Assembly: GCA_964016885.1 (NCBI GenBank)
Contig: OZ024747.1
Span: 91,760,001 to 91,824,000 of the forward strand
DNA from: Eledone cirrhosa
Lineage: Eukaryota
Reading direction: 5' to 3'
DNA: 64,000 bases
Below the pieces are notes generated by a model that was not told the origin of the DNA, did not search any database, and was given only the letters and a program-made list of their open reading frames with translations. Position numbers and translations under genes: made by a program. Positions 54,573 to 64,000 of the stretch are shown one piece after another. Position 1 is the stretch's first letter, and each line of letters begins with the position of its first letter.

Positions 54573-54814
54573 GTTTTCTTTATTAACCACAAGGGTTCAC
54601 ATAAAGTAGACATTAAGGACAGTACAGGACAATACAGGACGGTACAAATGGGCATTTCTGCGTGTAAAAAACAGAGGTTGAAATAAAATAACAAAGAAAA
54701 ATTCCCCAATAGGGGGGAGACTTCCAAGGGACATTTGTGGAGAAAGCCCATTAAAAGACCACAGTGGCCCTGACCACCAGGGCAAGCGCCCTCTCCCAGT
54801 TTTCCACCTTTAAT

Positions 54815-57800
54815 TTACAGACACATACTCAGAGAAGGCCCATTCATTCGGGCCATACTTGCTTCTCTCACCCATCTTTCAACAAAATGCTGGGAAGAGA
54901 GCACTTCCCTCTCTACCCTGATTTTCCTTTTCAAATGAAATTTGAAAAAGTTAATCAGGGCATCACCGAAGAGGTAAGTGCTCGTCTTCAGCCCTTTCAA
55001 ACGTGTCCACCATACTATCTCTTTCGCCATGGCCACCAGACAGATAAAAACTGCCTGCACTTCCAGGCTAAAGGAAGGGGGCGGGGCAATCCTCACGATG
55101 GACTCAGCTGATAGCTGGATCCGTCCTACACGTGACAGCAGGTGTTCGAGATAAACCCACAAGTCAGCAATGCTCGGACACTGGACGAGTGCGTGCAGGA
55201 CGGTTTCGTGGCCCTGCGCGCATCTCGGACATGCCCGGCTGACGGCACCTCCATGCCTGTAGAGTTTATCCCGAACTGGCAAAGCTCCTCGGTAGCACTG
55301 CCAGGCCAGGGATTTCTGGAAGTTGTCCATAGGCCCCGGCCTGAAAGTCCTTCCGAAGAGATTGGCTAGTTGATTTTCGTCGACGCCTAGAGTTTCTCCA
55401 AGTACGTCGTCGCTCTTCCCCTCCACTAATCCCCTATAGAACGCCAAGGTGGAGTTTCCACCGATCACATTGCCCGATTGGTCGAGGGCTGTGAGCGCCT
55501 GAAGACATTCCAGTCTCCAAGCGCTCCCTCTCGGTCTTCGCTTGACCCAGGACTGCAGCTCCGTCAAGGAGACGAGCTGGGGAAAAACGTGTCTTGCAAA
55601 CGGCGACCACACCTGATCACCGTCGAGGAAGAGGTGGAGATGTCGTAGCCTGAGCGCGTGTCTGCGCATCATCAGCCACGGCATGCCCAGCCCTCCACGT
55701 AGCGGGTGTTGACAGCAGATGGACCGCCTGACCATCGGAGCGCGTCCCTTCCACAAGAAGCGAAAGAGCAAACGCTCCAGCGCAGTCAGGCGGGGCTTCG
55801 GACAAGGTACGACGGTCAGGCGGTAGTAGATGACGGATGCGATGTACGCATTCGCCACCTCCTCTCGACCTTTCAGGGATAGCTTCCTCTCGGCCCATTT
55901 CTGGGTGAGAGAAGCCACCCTGCTCGTCACCTCGTCCCAGTTTTTGTTCGTCTGGAGGTCTGGACCGAACCAGACCCCTAGCAATTTAACCGGTCCGTCC
56001 GTCCAGCGCCCGACGACGCTGTTGGACGGCATGGACCTGCCTCTCCAGGTGCCGAGCTGCAGGCCCACTGACTTTTCCTGGTTGATCATTGCTCCTGTCA
56101 CCGCTTCGTATTCTCTTAGTGTAGTGCCGATCGCCTCGATGTGTTTGGCGTTCGACACCACTACGGTGACATCGTCGGCATATGCTGACACGGATCTTCC
56201 GCATCCTAGTTCGCGCGGGACCCCCCTCAACGTCTCCAGTTTGTGCAGTAATGGCTCGAGAGTCAATACGTACAATAGGGACGAGAGGGGACATCCTTGG
56301 CGGACCGAGCGCATGATGTTGAACGGTTCCGAAAGGTGACCGTTCACTCTCACTACAGAGCAGATGTCGCTGTGCATGGCAGCGATCCAGCCTCTGAAGA
56401 CGGGCCCAAAGCCAGCCGCCCTCAGGACTGCCGCTAGGTAACGATGGTCGACCCTATCGAAGGCTTTCGACTGATCTAAATTGATCAAAGACCCACCCGT
56501 GCCAGGTTCCCTAGCTACCCTCTCTACGATGTATCGCATGAGGTGGAGGTTGTCGTGGATGGATCTGTCGGGAATGGCGCATGTCTGTGCCTCTCCCACC
56601 AGACCACCAACGACAAGCGCCAACCTCTTTGCTAGCACCTTGGCCAAAATCTTGAACTCTGTGTTTAGCAGAGTTATGGGCCTAAAATTATCTATGTTAT
56701 CCCCCTTGTTCGGATCCTTTCTCAGCAGCGCCACAGCTCCTCGGCTCACAGAGCTGGGAATTCTCCCGTTCTGTTGCCAGTTGCAGTAGACGTCCGCCAA
56801 GAGGCCTCCGAACAAGTTTGGCATTTGTACGTAAAGTTCATAGGGCAGACCATCCAAACCAGGCGATTTACCCCTTGTGCAACTAGTCATTGCATCCCGT
56901 ACTTCAGCGGTTGTTATCGGCTTTTCGCAACACTCCGCCTCAGTGGCCGAAAGCCGCGGCAGTCCGTCGAGGTAGACACTAAAGTCCATCCCTCGATCCG
57001 GCCCGCCACTGCCCCCGAACAGTTGAGCGAAGTGTCGCTGAAAAGCTTCACACATTTGCCCGGGATCGAGTAGCATGCGCCCGTCGAAGTCCACCAAAGA
57101 CCGGATCGTGGCTTTGTTGCCACGACGCGCCTCCGCCACTCGGGCCCATTGAACGGCTTTCGTCCCCTCGTGTCTGAGAGCACGCACCCTTGCTCTGACA
57201 ACGCAGCCTTCGTGCTTTGCATTGAAGAATTGGTCAAGGGCCAATTTCGCCGCAAGTACGTCGGTCGCGATGCCTTTGCTAAGCGCCTCATCTAATTTTC
57301 TAACTAATTCTCCCTCTGCTCTATTTTTCTCTATTGCTAAAGTCTTACTAAACCTAATGGACTCTATTCTAATTGCTCTTTTCAGAGCAAACCACCAGTT
57401 GTTGTTGACGATGGCCCCCGTCAACGCCCGCTTAACTAGTTCGCTAATCCGGTCTCTGTAGGCCTTGCGCGCTGGTAAGGACGCGTTTAGCTTCCAGTAG
57501 CCGGGTCCTCGTCTATGAAGCCTATCTAAGTCAAGCACACAGATCACGAATTTGTGGTCCGTGTAGCTGACTATCTTGAATTGTGGACAGGCTATGCTAG
57601 ACCTATCTATTTCCCTACAAAATACTCTATCTAGATATGATCTGGATGACCCTATGCGATTTGTCCAAGTCCACATTGGTACATTCGGGAAATCCATTCG
57701 GTACCTGTCAGACAGTTCAAAACGTCTGAGCAGGTTGGTGAGACTCTTGCACCCTCCTTCCCTATCCACTAATCCCACACAATCCCAGCGTGCATCTAAG

Positions 57801-58234
57801 ATCCCGTTCCAGTCGCCCACTAACACTAAAGAGCGGGACGTTCCAAGAAAGGTCTCCAGACGCCGGAAGAAATCAGGCCGCCCTGCTCCTGTCGGGGCAT
57901 AGACGGCCACTAACCTGAAAGCTTGCCCGTCTCCGCTGGTCACGTCCAGCACCACCATCTTACCTTCTGGGTCCAGGAATATGGCCCGTATGGCAAGATC
58001 CAAACCTCTCCGAAAAAGCACAGCAACTCCTCCCCCCGATCCCGGACGGCTGGGAGATGCGTACACATCGTAGCCGCCGAAGATCGGTGCGAAATCCTGC
58101 GCTTCTGAGATTCTGGTCTCGCTGCTGGCCACTACATCTATGTTTAGTGACCTGAGGTCGTTGAGCAGGTGGCCCTGCTTCCATGACGACCCCAAGCCAC
58201 GCACATTTATGCTGCCTATTCTGAGTGAGGTCAT
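54815..58234 (-). CDS. ORF2: APE endonuclease + reverse transcriptase + C-terminal Cys-rich knuckle, 1139 aa
   Basis: IGSINVRG, SET, VYAP, GDWN, SYLDR, TDH (APE). KSPGLDG, FRPITLLN, DQSKAFD, VRQGCPLS, AYADD (RT). CPRC..ETVLHALVQC. Confidence 0.96.
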   Translation of the reverse strand: MTSLRIGSINVRGLGSSWKQGHLLNDLRSLNIDVVASSETRISEAQDFAPIFGGYDVYASPSRPGSGGGVAVLFRRGLDLAIRAIFLDPEGKMVVLDVTSGDGQAFRLVAVYAPTGAGRPDFFRRLETFLGTSRSLVLVGDWNGILDARWDCVGLVDREGGCKSLTNLLRRFELSDRYRMDFPNVPMWTWTNRIGSSRSYLDRVFCREIDRSSIACPQFKIVSYTDHKFVICVLDLDRLHRRGPGYWKLNASLPARKAYRDRISELVKRALTGAIVNNNWWFALKRAIRIESIRFSKTLAIEKNRAEGELVRKLDEALSKGIATDVLAAKLALDQFFNAKHEGCVVRARVRALRHEGTKAVQWARVAEARRGNKATIRSLVDFDGRMLLDPGQMCEAFQRHFAQLFGGSGGPDRGMDFSVYLDGLPRLSATEAECCEKPITTAEVRDAMTSCTRGKSPGLDGLPYELYVQMPNLFGGLLADVYCNWQQNGRIPSSVSRGAVALLRKDPNKGDNIDNFRPITLLNTEFKILAKVLAKRLALVVGGLVGEAQTCAIPDRSIHDNLHLMRYIVERVAREPGTGGSLINLDQSKAFDRVDHRYLAAVLRAAGFGPVFRGWIAAMHSDICSVVRVNGHLSEPFNIMRSVRQGCPLSSLLYVLTLEPLLHKLETLRGVPRELGCGRSVSAYADDVTVVVSNAKHIEAIGTTLREYEAVTGAMINQEKSVGLQLGTWRGRSMPSNSVVGRWTDGPVKLLGVWFGPDLQTNKNWDEVTSRVASLTQKWAERKLSLKGREEVANAYIASVIYYRLTVVPCPKPRLTALERLLFRFLWKGRAPMVRRSICCQHPLRGGLGMPWLMMRRHALRLRHLHLFLDGDQVWSPFARHVFPQLVSLTELQSWVKRRPRGSAWRLECLQALTALDQSGNVIGGNSTLAFYRGLVEGKSDDVLGETLGVDENQLANLFGRTFRPGPMDNFQKSLAWQCYRGALPVRDKLYRHGGAVSRACPRCAQGHETVLHALVQCPSIADLWVYLEHLLSRVGRIQLSAESIVRIAPPPSFSLEVQAVFICLVAMAKEIVWWTRLKGLKTSTYLFGDALINFFKFHLKRKIRVEREVLSSQHFVERWVREASMARMNGPSLSMCL

Positions 58235-58268
58235 GTTGAAAAGGAGTGGAAAAGATGGGAAAGACCAC

Positions 58269-60224
58269 TTACCTTACTTCTCGTAGGGGAAGGACGGTTT
58301 TTCCATCCTTTTCACTGCTTGTGGCCTCCTCAGGAAGGATGTCCTTATAAATCCTCCTGGAGAGTGCTTGTCGGAAGTCTCCGATGTCTTTGGGGAATTT
58401 TTGTTTTAGTGTCATGTACGTTTTCTGTGTGATGCGAGTGATTTGTATGTGTGTAGGTGGTGTGAATTTTGGGGTTGTTGTGTAGTCTTTTTCTGTGATG
58501 CTGGTGTTGTGTTGGATGTAGTGTAATAATTGCTTGTTGTTCAAATTTAATGCTGTGTAGTGTGTATCGTTTTGGTTGTTTTGTTTTGTTTGCGTTTGTT
58601 GTGGGTTTGTTTCTGTTTCGCATTTTGGTGACTTTTGTGGTGTAGGTGATGGTGGTATTGGAGTTAATGATGGTGATGGTGTTGGTGTTTGGGTTGATGG
58701 GGTTGGTGATGCTGGTGTGGATGGTGGCATATCTGTCCTAACTTTTTTGTTTCTTAGTTTATTTGTTTCCCTCTGTGTTTTGTTTTTGGAGGGAGAAGGA
58801 AGAGAATTTTTTCTTTTTTGGTTTCTTTTTTTTTCCGGATATCGTTTCCCACTCCTCGTCGTCACAATCTGTCTCCAGTTGTGATAGGCCGGGGAGTGGA
58901 AAATCCTCCACAGCCGTTAGTTTTGGTTGTGGTGTGGTGGATGGTGTAGGCGCTGGTGCTAGTTCTGAAGCGTTGGGTGGTGGTGGTATTGGTTTTGCTG
59001 GTGGTGGTAGTGGTGTTGGTTTTGCTACTGTTGCTGGGGTTGTTGCTGTTATAGTTGCTTCTGTTGTTGCTGCTACAGTTGTTGCTGCCATCTCTGCTAC
59101 TGGTGGTGTTGATGGTTGTGTCACTGGGGTGGGTAGGAGAGGTGGCCTCAACCTTTTAGCCTGAGGGCAGAAAGCCCTTAGGTGGGTTCCTTCACCACAA
59201 ACGACACACCTAGGTCTTCTGCCCTCGACAATTACCGTGAGGTGGCTGCCGTCAGTGGGGTCTATTACCTCTGGGATCTCCTCAATGCTTTTTTGGTCCG
59301 CTTGGATCAGGAGCTCCATCCCAGATCCGGACCAGTTTTCCTGCTTTTCTTTTGCTACTGCTATTATTTTCGTGTTGGCTTCGATGCCGGCGAGGACAGC
59401 CGCTATTAGCCAGGGAATTTCGATGGCCGGTGGAACGTGGGTCACCCTGATCTTTACGAGTCTCTGGCCACAATAGCTTGGGACGAGTGTGAGGTCGTCA
59501 CTTTTTAATGGGGCCATGGAGTGTTCTCTAGCCTCCTCTGGTGTTTCAAAGAACACATCCACGGTTCCATACTTTTGCCCACGTCTGATGTGGGTTTTTC
59601 TTGCCCACACATGTCCCAAAGCTTTTTGGATTTGGGACTCGGATGCCCGTTCCACTCGGCGCGATTTTACATTTATTGTTCTATACGACACGGTGTACAG
59701 GCGCCGATGCTCCATTTTATTAGGTGGGGGTGTGAGGCTGACCCTGTACCCATCTTTCTTTACCATTTGTTTGGCATTTTCTAAATCTTCTTGAGTTACG
59801 GTAAATGCTTCGAATTGTTTTGCTACTCTGGCGAAACTGAGGGGGGGTTTATAATGTCATTGTTGTTGTTGTTGCTATCGTTAATATTAATTTTAGTTTC
59901 AGTTGTGGTGGTGGTGACGTCAGTCGTCTTTGGTGGGGAAGAGTCCATTTTGCTTGATTTCATTTTGACATCACGAGTTAATTTATTTTTTTCTTCTTTT
60001 GTTTCTGTTGTCGCGGTGGTGGTGGTGGTGGAGGCTTTAACACCTGCAGTCATTGGTAATGGTGGGAAATGAATGTCTGCCTGAGACAAATTTAAAATAT
60101 TGCTACTGCTTATATTTTTTTTTGTGTTGGCAAACGTAGTAACATTTACAATGGTGGTGTCGGTGTGAGGTGTTATTTTGTGAGGAAGGCTTTCAGCTGC
60201 TTCGTGCAGAGGTGAAGTAGCCAT
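58269..60224 (-). CDS. ORF1 (gag-like, CCHC zinc knuckle), split by two frameshifts at homopolymer runs
   Basis: Pieces 59823-60224, 58759-59766 and 58269-58865. CVVCGEGTHLRAFC knuckle, Pro/Thr-rich linker, W..ISGKK basic patch. Frame changes near the G run at ~59840 and the T run at ~58826-58834. Confidence 0.8.
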
Positions 60225-60433
60225 TTTTTTTCAAAGAAATTTTTTGATAATAATAAAAGTTAAAATTTTGGGCACAAGGCCCCAATCTTTTTAGGTGTCC
60301 TTTTCGGAAAACAATGTATGTGTGCTTATAAACAGTTAACAATAAAATTTTCCATAAATGGCAATTTTTAAACAAACGGAAATAATAAACCTTTGCGGAG
60401 CTCACGATAATACGATTTTCTACGTAGGTCGCC

Positions 60434-60523
<90 letters not shown>

Positions 60524-60541
60524 AAGAAGAAGAAGAAGAAG
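60434..60541. repeat. (TAA)n followed by (AAG)n
   Basis: Seen directly in the sequence. Confidence 0.95.
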
Positions 60542-60546
60542 ACAAT

Positions 60547-60920
60547 ATGCCTGACAAAGTGGTTTTTGACAAGGAAAAAAGATCGTGTCTGATTGTAGAT
60601 GTAGCCTGCCCCTTTGACACAAGAGTGCAAGAAAAGGAGAAGGAGAAAATTAGCCGATACCAGGAGTTAAAAAGGATTTGGGACTGTCATGAGATCAAGG
60701 TTGTCTCGACTGTCATAGGAGCACTAGGTACTATCTCAAAGAGTTTTCAAGGATGGTTAAAGAACATTAGTCCAGCTCCTTTTTTGGAACACTTCAAAAG
60801 GCATGCTTGCTGGGAACAGCAACAGCACTCCGATACGTCCTGAATATGTGAGGCTGCAGGTAGCAGCTTGATGTTCATTTGAACAAACTTTCCAGTTAAG
60901 TAACATCAATGACTGAGACA
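60547..60920 (+). mobile_element. Older 5'-truncated R4/Dong family B-related copy
   Basis: PD.VV.DKEKRSCLIVDVACPFDTRV.., with small deletions and a frameshift. Same 3' UTR. Confidence 0.9.
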
Positions 60921-61505
60921 ATAACACCAATGACAATAACAATCCAAGAGTAATAATAATGATGATAATAATATTATTATTCACTCACGAACACATTTAG
61001 GCATCCACCTTGTTAGAGTGAAAATTATTTTTTTAAAAATATTTTTCGTTTTCTACTGCTATCATTTACTAACCGAGATGCAACGTAATCGACTGGTCTG
61101 CTAAAACAGTAGCCAGTTTTGTCTGAAACTACTGCTTATTTAGAGATATATTGTAATATTTAGTTCGGGTTACTCTTTAACGTAGAGCATACGGTGCATT
61201 GTAATGGCTTGAATGATTTTGAAAATGCGCCTGCTCTATCATGGCTGACTGAACGCCAAACAACTGCAACATATCAACACGCACAAACATATCATTTATA
61301 TATACGATTTCTCACTAGCGATATTTCTTAAGCTAATAACCAGCGAATGTTTGTAATATGTCATATTAACTGCAATCATTTTCACATTACTGCATATTCC
61401 GAATCTCCATAGTTTATTTCTTTTAATTATAGCAATCCTTCTACCCAACAAGCTTTCCTTATCAACCTTTTCCCTCAACTCTAAATTATCATCATTAATA
61501 ATCAA

Positions 61506-61830
61506 GGGCAGTGGTTTGGCAGTATCGGTAGAGCGTCAGACACCATGTTTTGCAGCATAGTTATGGCCCTTTGCGTTCTGAGTTCAAATCCGCCGAGGTT
61601 AACTTTGCCTTTCATCCTTACGAGGTCGATAAAATAAAGTACCAGTGGTGCACTGGGGTAATCGCTGGCCTTGTGCCAAAAGTAGAAACTCTAGAGTTAG
61701 GTCCCTTTATTATCTGAGTTCAAATCCCGCCGAGGTTAACTTTGCCTTTCATCTTTACGGGTCGATAAAATAAAGTACCAGTAATACACTGGGATAATTG
61801 ATGGCCTTGTGCCTAAAGTAGAAACAATTA
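61506..61830 (+). mobile_element. SINE-A dimer (full + truncated)
   Basis: Two cores and two tails in tandem. Confidence 0.9.
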
Positions 61831-62107
61831 ATAATCACTGTCGTTAGTTTAAACATTCTCATTGCCCCACGCTTGATCCTCACGTACACCTCAGATCATC
61901 TTCAACCCCAATAGGAGTTTCTTTATAATCATCAGTTATTTTTCCAAAAATCATCACCAACGGCGTCTGCTGTACATGCATAACCGTTACTGGTATATTA
62001 TTACAAATATCATTGTCATCATTATTTCTATCGAAAGAGTGAGAGAGGGTGTGGAGGGAGGAGAGCAGGAAAGAAGGGGAGAAGGGGAAATATGTAGGGG
62101 AAATAAT

Positions 62108-62294
62108 TGTTTCTACTTTTGGCACAAGGCCAGCAATTACCCAGTGTATTACTGGTACTTTATTTTATCGACCCCATAAGGATGAAAGGCAAAGTTAACC
62201 TCGGCGGGATTTGAACTCAGAATGGCAAGGGCCGTAACTCTATGCGTCAAAGCATGGCGTCCGACCCTCTACCGATACTGCCAATCCACTGGCC
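62108..62294 (-). mobile_element. SINE-A with 18-bp TSD
   Basis: TSD ATATGTAGGGGAAATAAT at 62090-62107 and 62295-62312. Confidence 0.92.
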
Positions 62295-63135
62295 ATATGT
62301 AGGGGAAATAATGCAACCTGTCCTCATCAAACGAAACATGTTCTATAATTTCTTATAAGATGATGCTAGAAACTAAATTAAATTTTTATAAATATTTTAA
62401 AGCTTCTTTTTTTGCTTGCCTTTTTCTGTTTATTTTTTTAATAGTTTTAATTTGTTTTATTTAGTTTTCTATAAAACTTGCATTGTCACTTCTTTGTTAA
62501 TTTCTTTAATTCTAATTGAATTACAGTTTAGATTTCTGGCGAGAGAGAAACGGTTTTTGATTCCTGCAAGAGATTCTATTTAGTTTTAAGTAAGAGCGGC
62601 TGGAAATATAAATTGTTTATCAATATTTTTCTGAATATTGTATTAAAATTGTATTATCAGTTAGTATAATCCAATCATTTTCACTTTCATCAAGCATGTG
62701 TATATAGCTTGCGTTTATCAATGTGTTCATATATTTTGTTCATTAATGAATCAACATTTTGGGAAAATGCCACTTTCCTCATGCACACAGAGGTTTCCTA
62801 AAATATACACACGCCCAGCAGAAGAATGTTGGACTGAAACAGAGAGAGGGAACATAGGAGTGGAAGAGAAAATTAAAAGGTAGAGAGAGAAAGAAAATAA
62901 AAGAGATAGAGAAGGTGAAGGAGAAAGAATCAAGTGAAACTAAGAGCTATATTTCCTGGCATTAGCTAATAAGATGAATCTAGCCATTTAAAGTTATGAT
63001 TGGTAAGTATACCACCATTAACGTTTCTTAGAGTAGATCTATGGCATATCAGTCGCATATCTCATGTTGAGAAACAACATCCAAAGAGAGATATACAAAT
63101 ATATCTCTTACACAAACCTTTTGAAATTTATAAAT

Positions 63136-63345
63136 TAACCCTTTAGCATTTACATTACTCTATATTTACTATTGTATTTTCGCAGTAAATGCTTTATCTT
63201 ACATAAGTATTTCACATAATATCGAATCTATGATTTAGTATTATTTATTTTTAGAACAATACCTTAACATCAGTATGAGTAGCGGGTTACAGCCGGTTTG
63301 AACAAAAAGAGGTGAGAGAATTTTGGCCGGTTTAAATGATAAAGC
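63136..63345. mobile_element. Possible piggyBac-type MITE, degraded right end
   Basis: Left end TTAA-CCCTTTAGCATTT. Partial inverted match TTTAAATGATAAAG at ~63331. Confidence 0.4.
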
Positions 63346-64000
63346 AAAAGCTCATAGTATCCGAGAGATGGTATTTTATAAGCAGGGAAAGACTTCATGC
63401 ACATTCTGAATATCAATTTCTATTATGGATATCATGGCTGGATATTTTCAGTGGCATCACTTTATATAATAATTTTAATACAGACTATCTGGCCCAAATA
63501 TTTAGAATATGAAACCTGTAGCCTCTATAGTATTCGCTTGAATGTGATTTTGTTTCTACATTAAGCTGCTTACGTGATTATCAAAGAAAATATTTCTCAC
63601 GTTCCTCTTTTTCTTTAAAATTATGTTATTGTTCAAAACCAAATCGGTGCTGATTAAGTATAATATAATTAAAATGATTCCAACCGTGATCATCCCTCCA
63701 ATTTGTATTTGATATCAAGTGTTTCACCATATTTTAAGACTATTGGATTTACATTCAGGACTACGTGACCGCTATTTCTTGTAGGATGAGGAGACAAATA
63801 GATGATTCTTCGTTACTGACAAATATATGTAGAGAACATCGCTGCAAAGAAGTTTGAAAGACATGCGTTATGAAATGTTCTCCCTCAATTTGTTTCATAA
63901 GATAAGACTGAACCTGAATGTAACTTCTGGCGTATTACATAATTATATTGTGTATTTTGTTAAAACTATCTTTTTTTCGAGAAATGGTATGAATAAATTT

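Larger units (their letters stand above)
54573..60433 (-). mobile_element. Full-length Tx1/L1-type non-LTR retrotransposon inserted in (ATT)n
   Basis: Starts GGCGACC right after (ATT)n. Contains ORF1 and ORF2. The 3' UTR ends AATAAAGAAAAC followed by (ATT)n. Confidence 0.93.

Noticed and set aside
51106-59794. Antisense and alternative-frame ORFs overlapping the two retrotransposons
   Set aside because: Shadow ORFs of GC-richer coding DNA with no recognisable motifs.

Overview
AT-rich, microsatellite-dense animal genomic DNA. The repeat content suggests a cephalopod (octopus), which is an inference. I found no host protein-coding exon, and most ORF-track entries are simple-repeat artefacts or antisense shadows. 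The main structure is a ~15 kb train of non-LTR retrotransposons (46-61 kb) linked by (TAA)n/(ATT)n microsatellites. In order, it holds a decayed R4/Dong-type RLE element (family A), a 5'-truncated and then an intact full-length R4/Dong element (family B, 1130 aa), a full-length antisense Tx1/L1-type element (frameshifted ORF1, intact 1139-aa APE-RT ORF2), and another truncated Dong copy. The most interesting observations are: (1) a perfect splice donor on the Tx1 ORF1 stop codon and an in-phase acceptor 52 nt later, which would fuse ORF1 to ORF2; (2) an abundant tRNA-derived SINE that shares the Tx1 3' end (CCTTGTG-N8-AGAAAC-ATT), inserts at ATTATT, and is found fused to a Tx1 fragment, suggesting a SINE/Tx1 partnership; (3) a conserved pseudoknot-like leader ending at the start codon in both Dong families; (4) several Penelope-type hammerhead ribozyme motifs, some inside long palindromes. 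Fossils of CRE-type and RTE-type elements and a MITE with 6-bp target duplications are also present.
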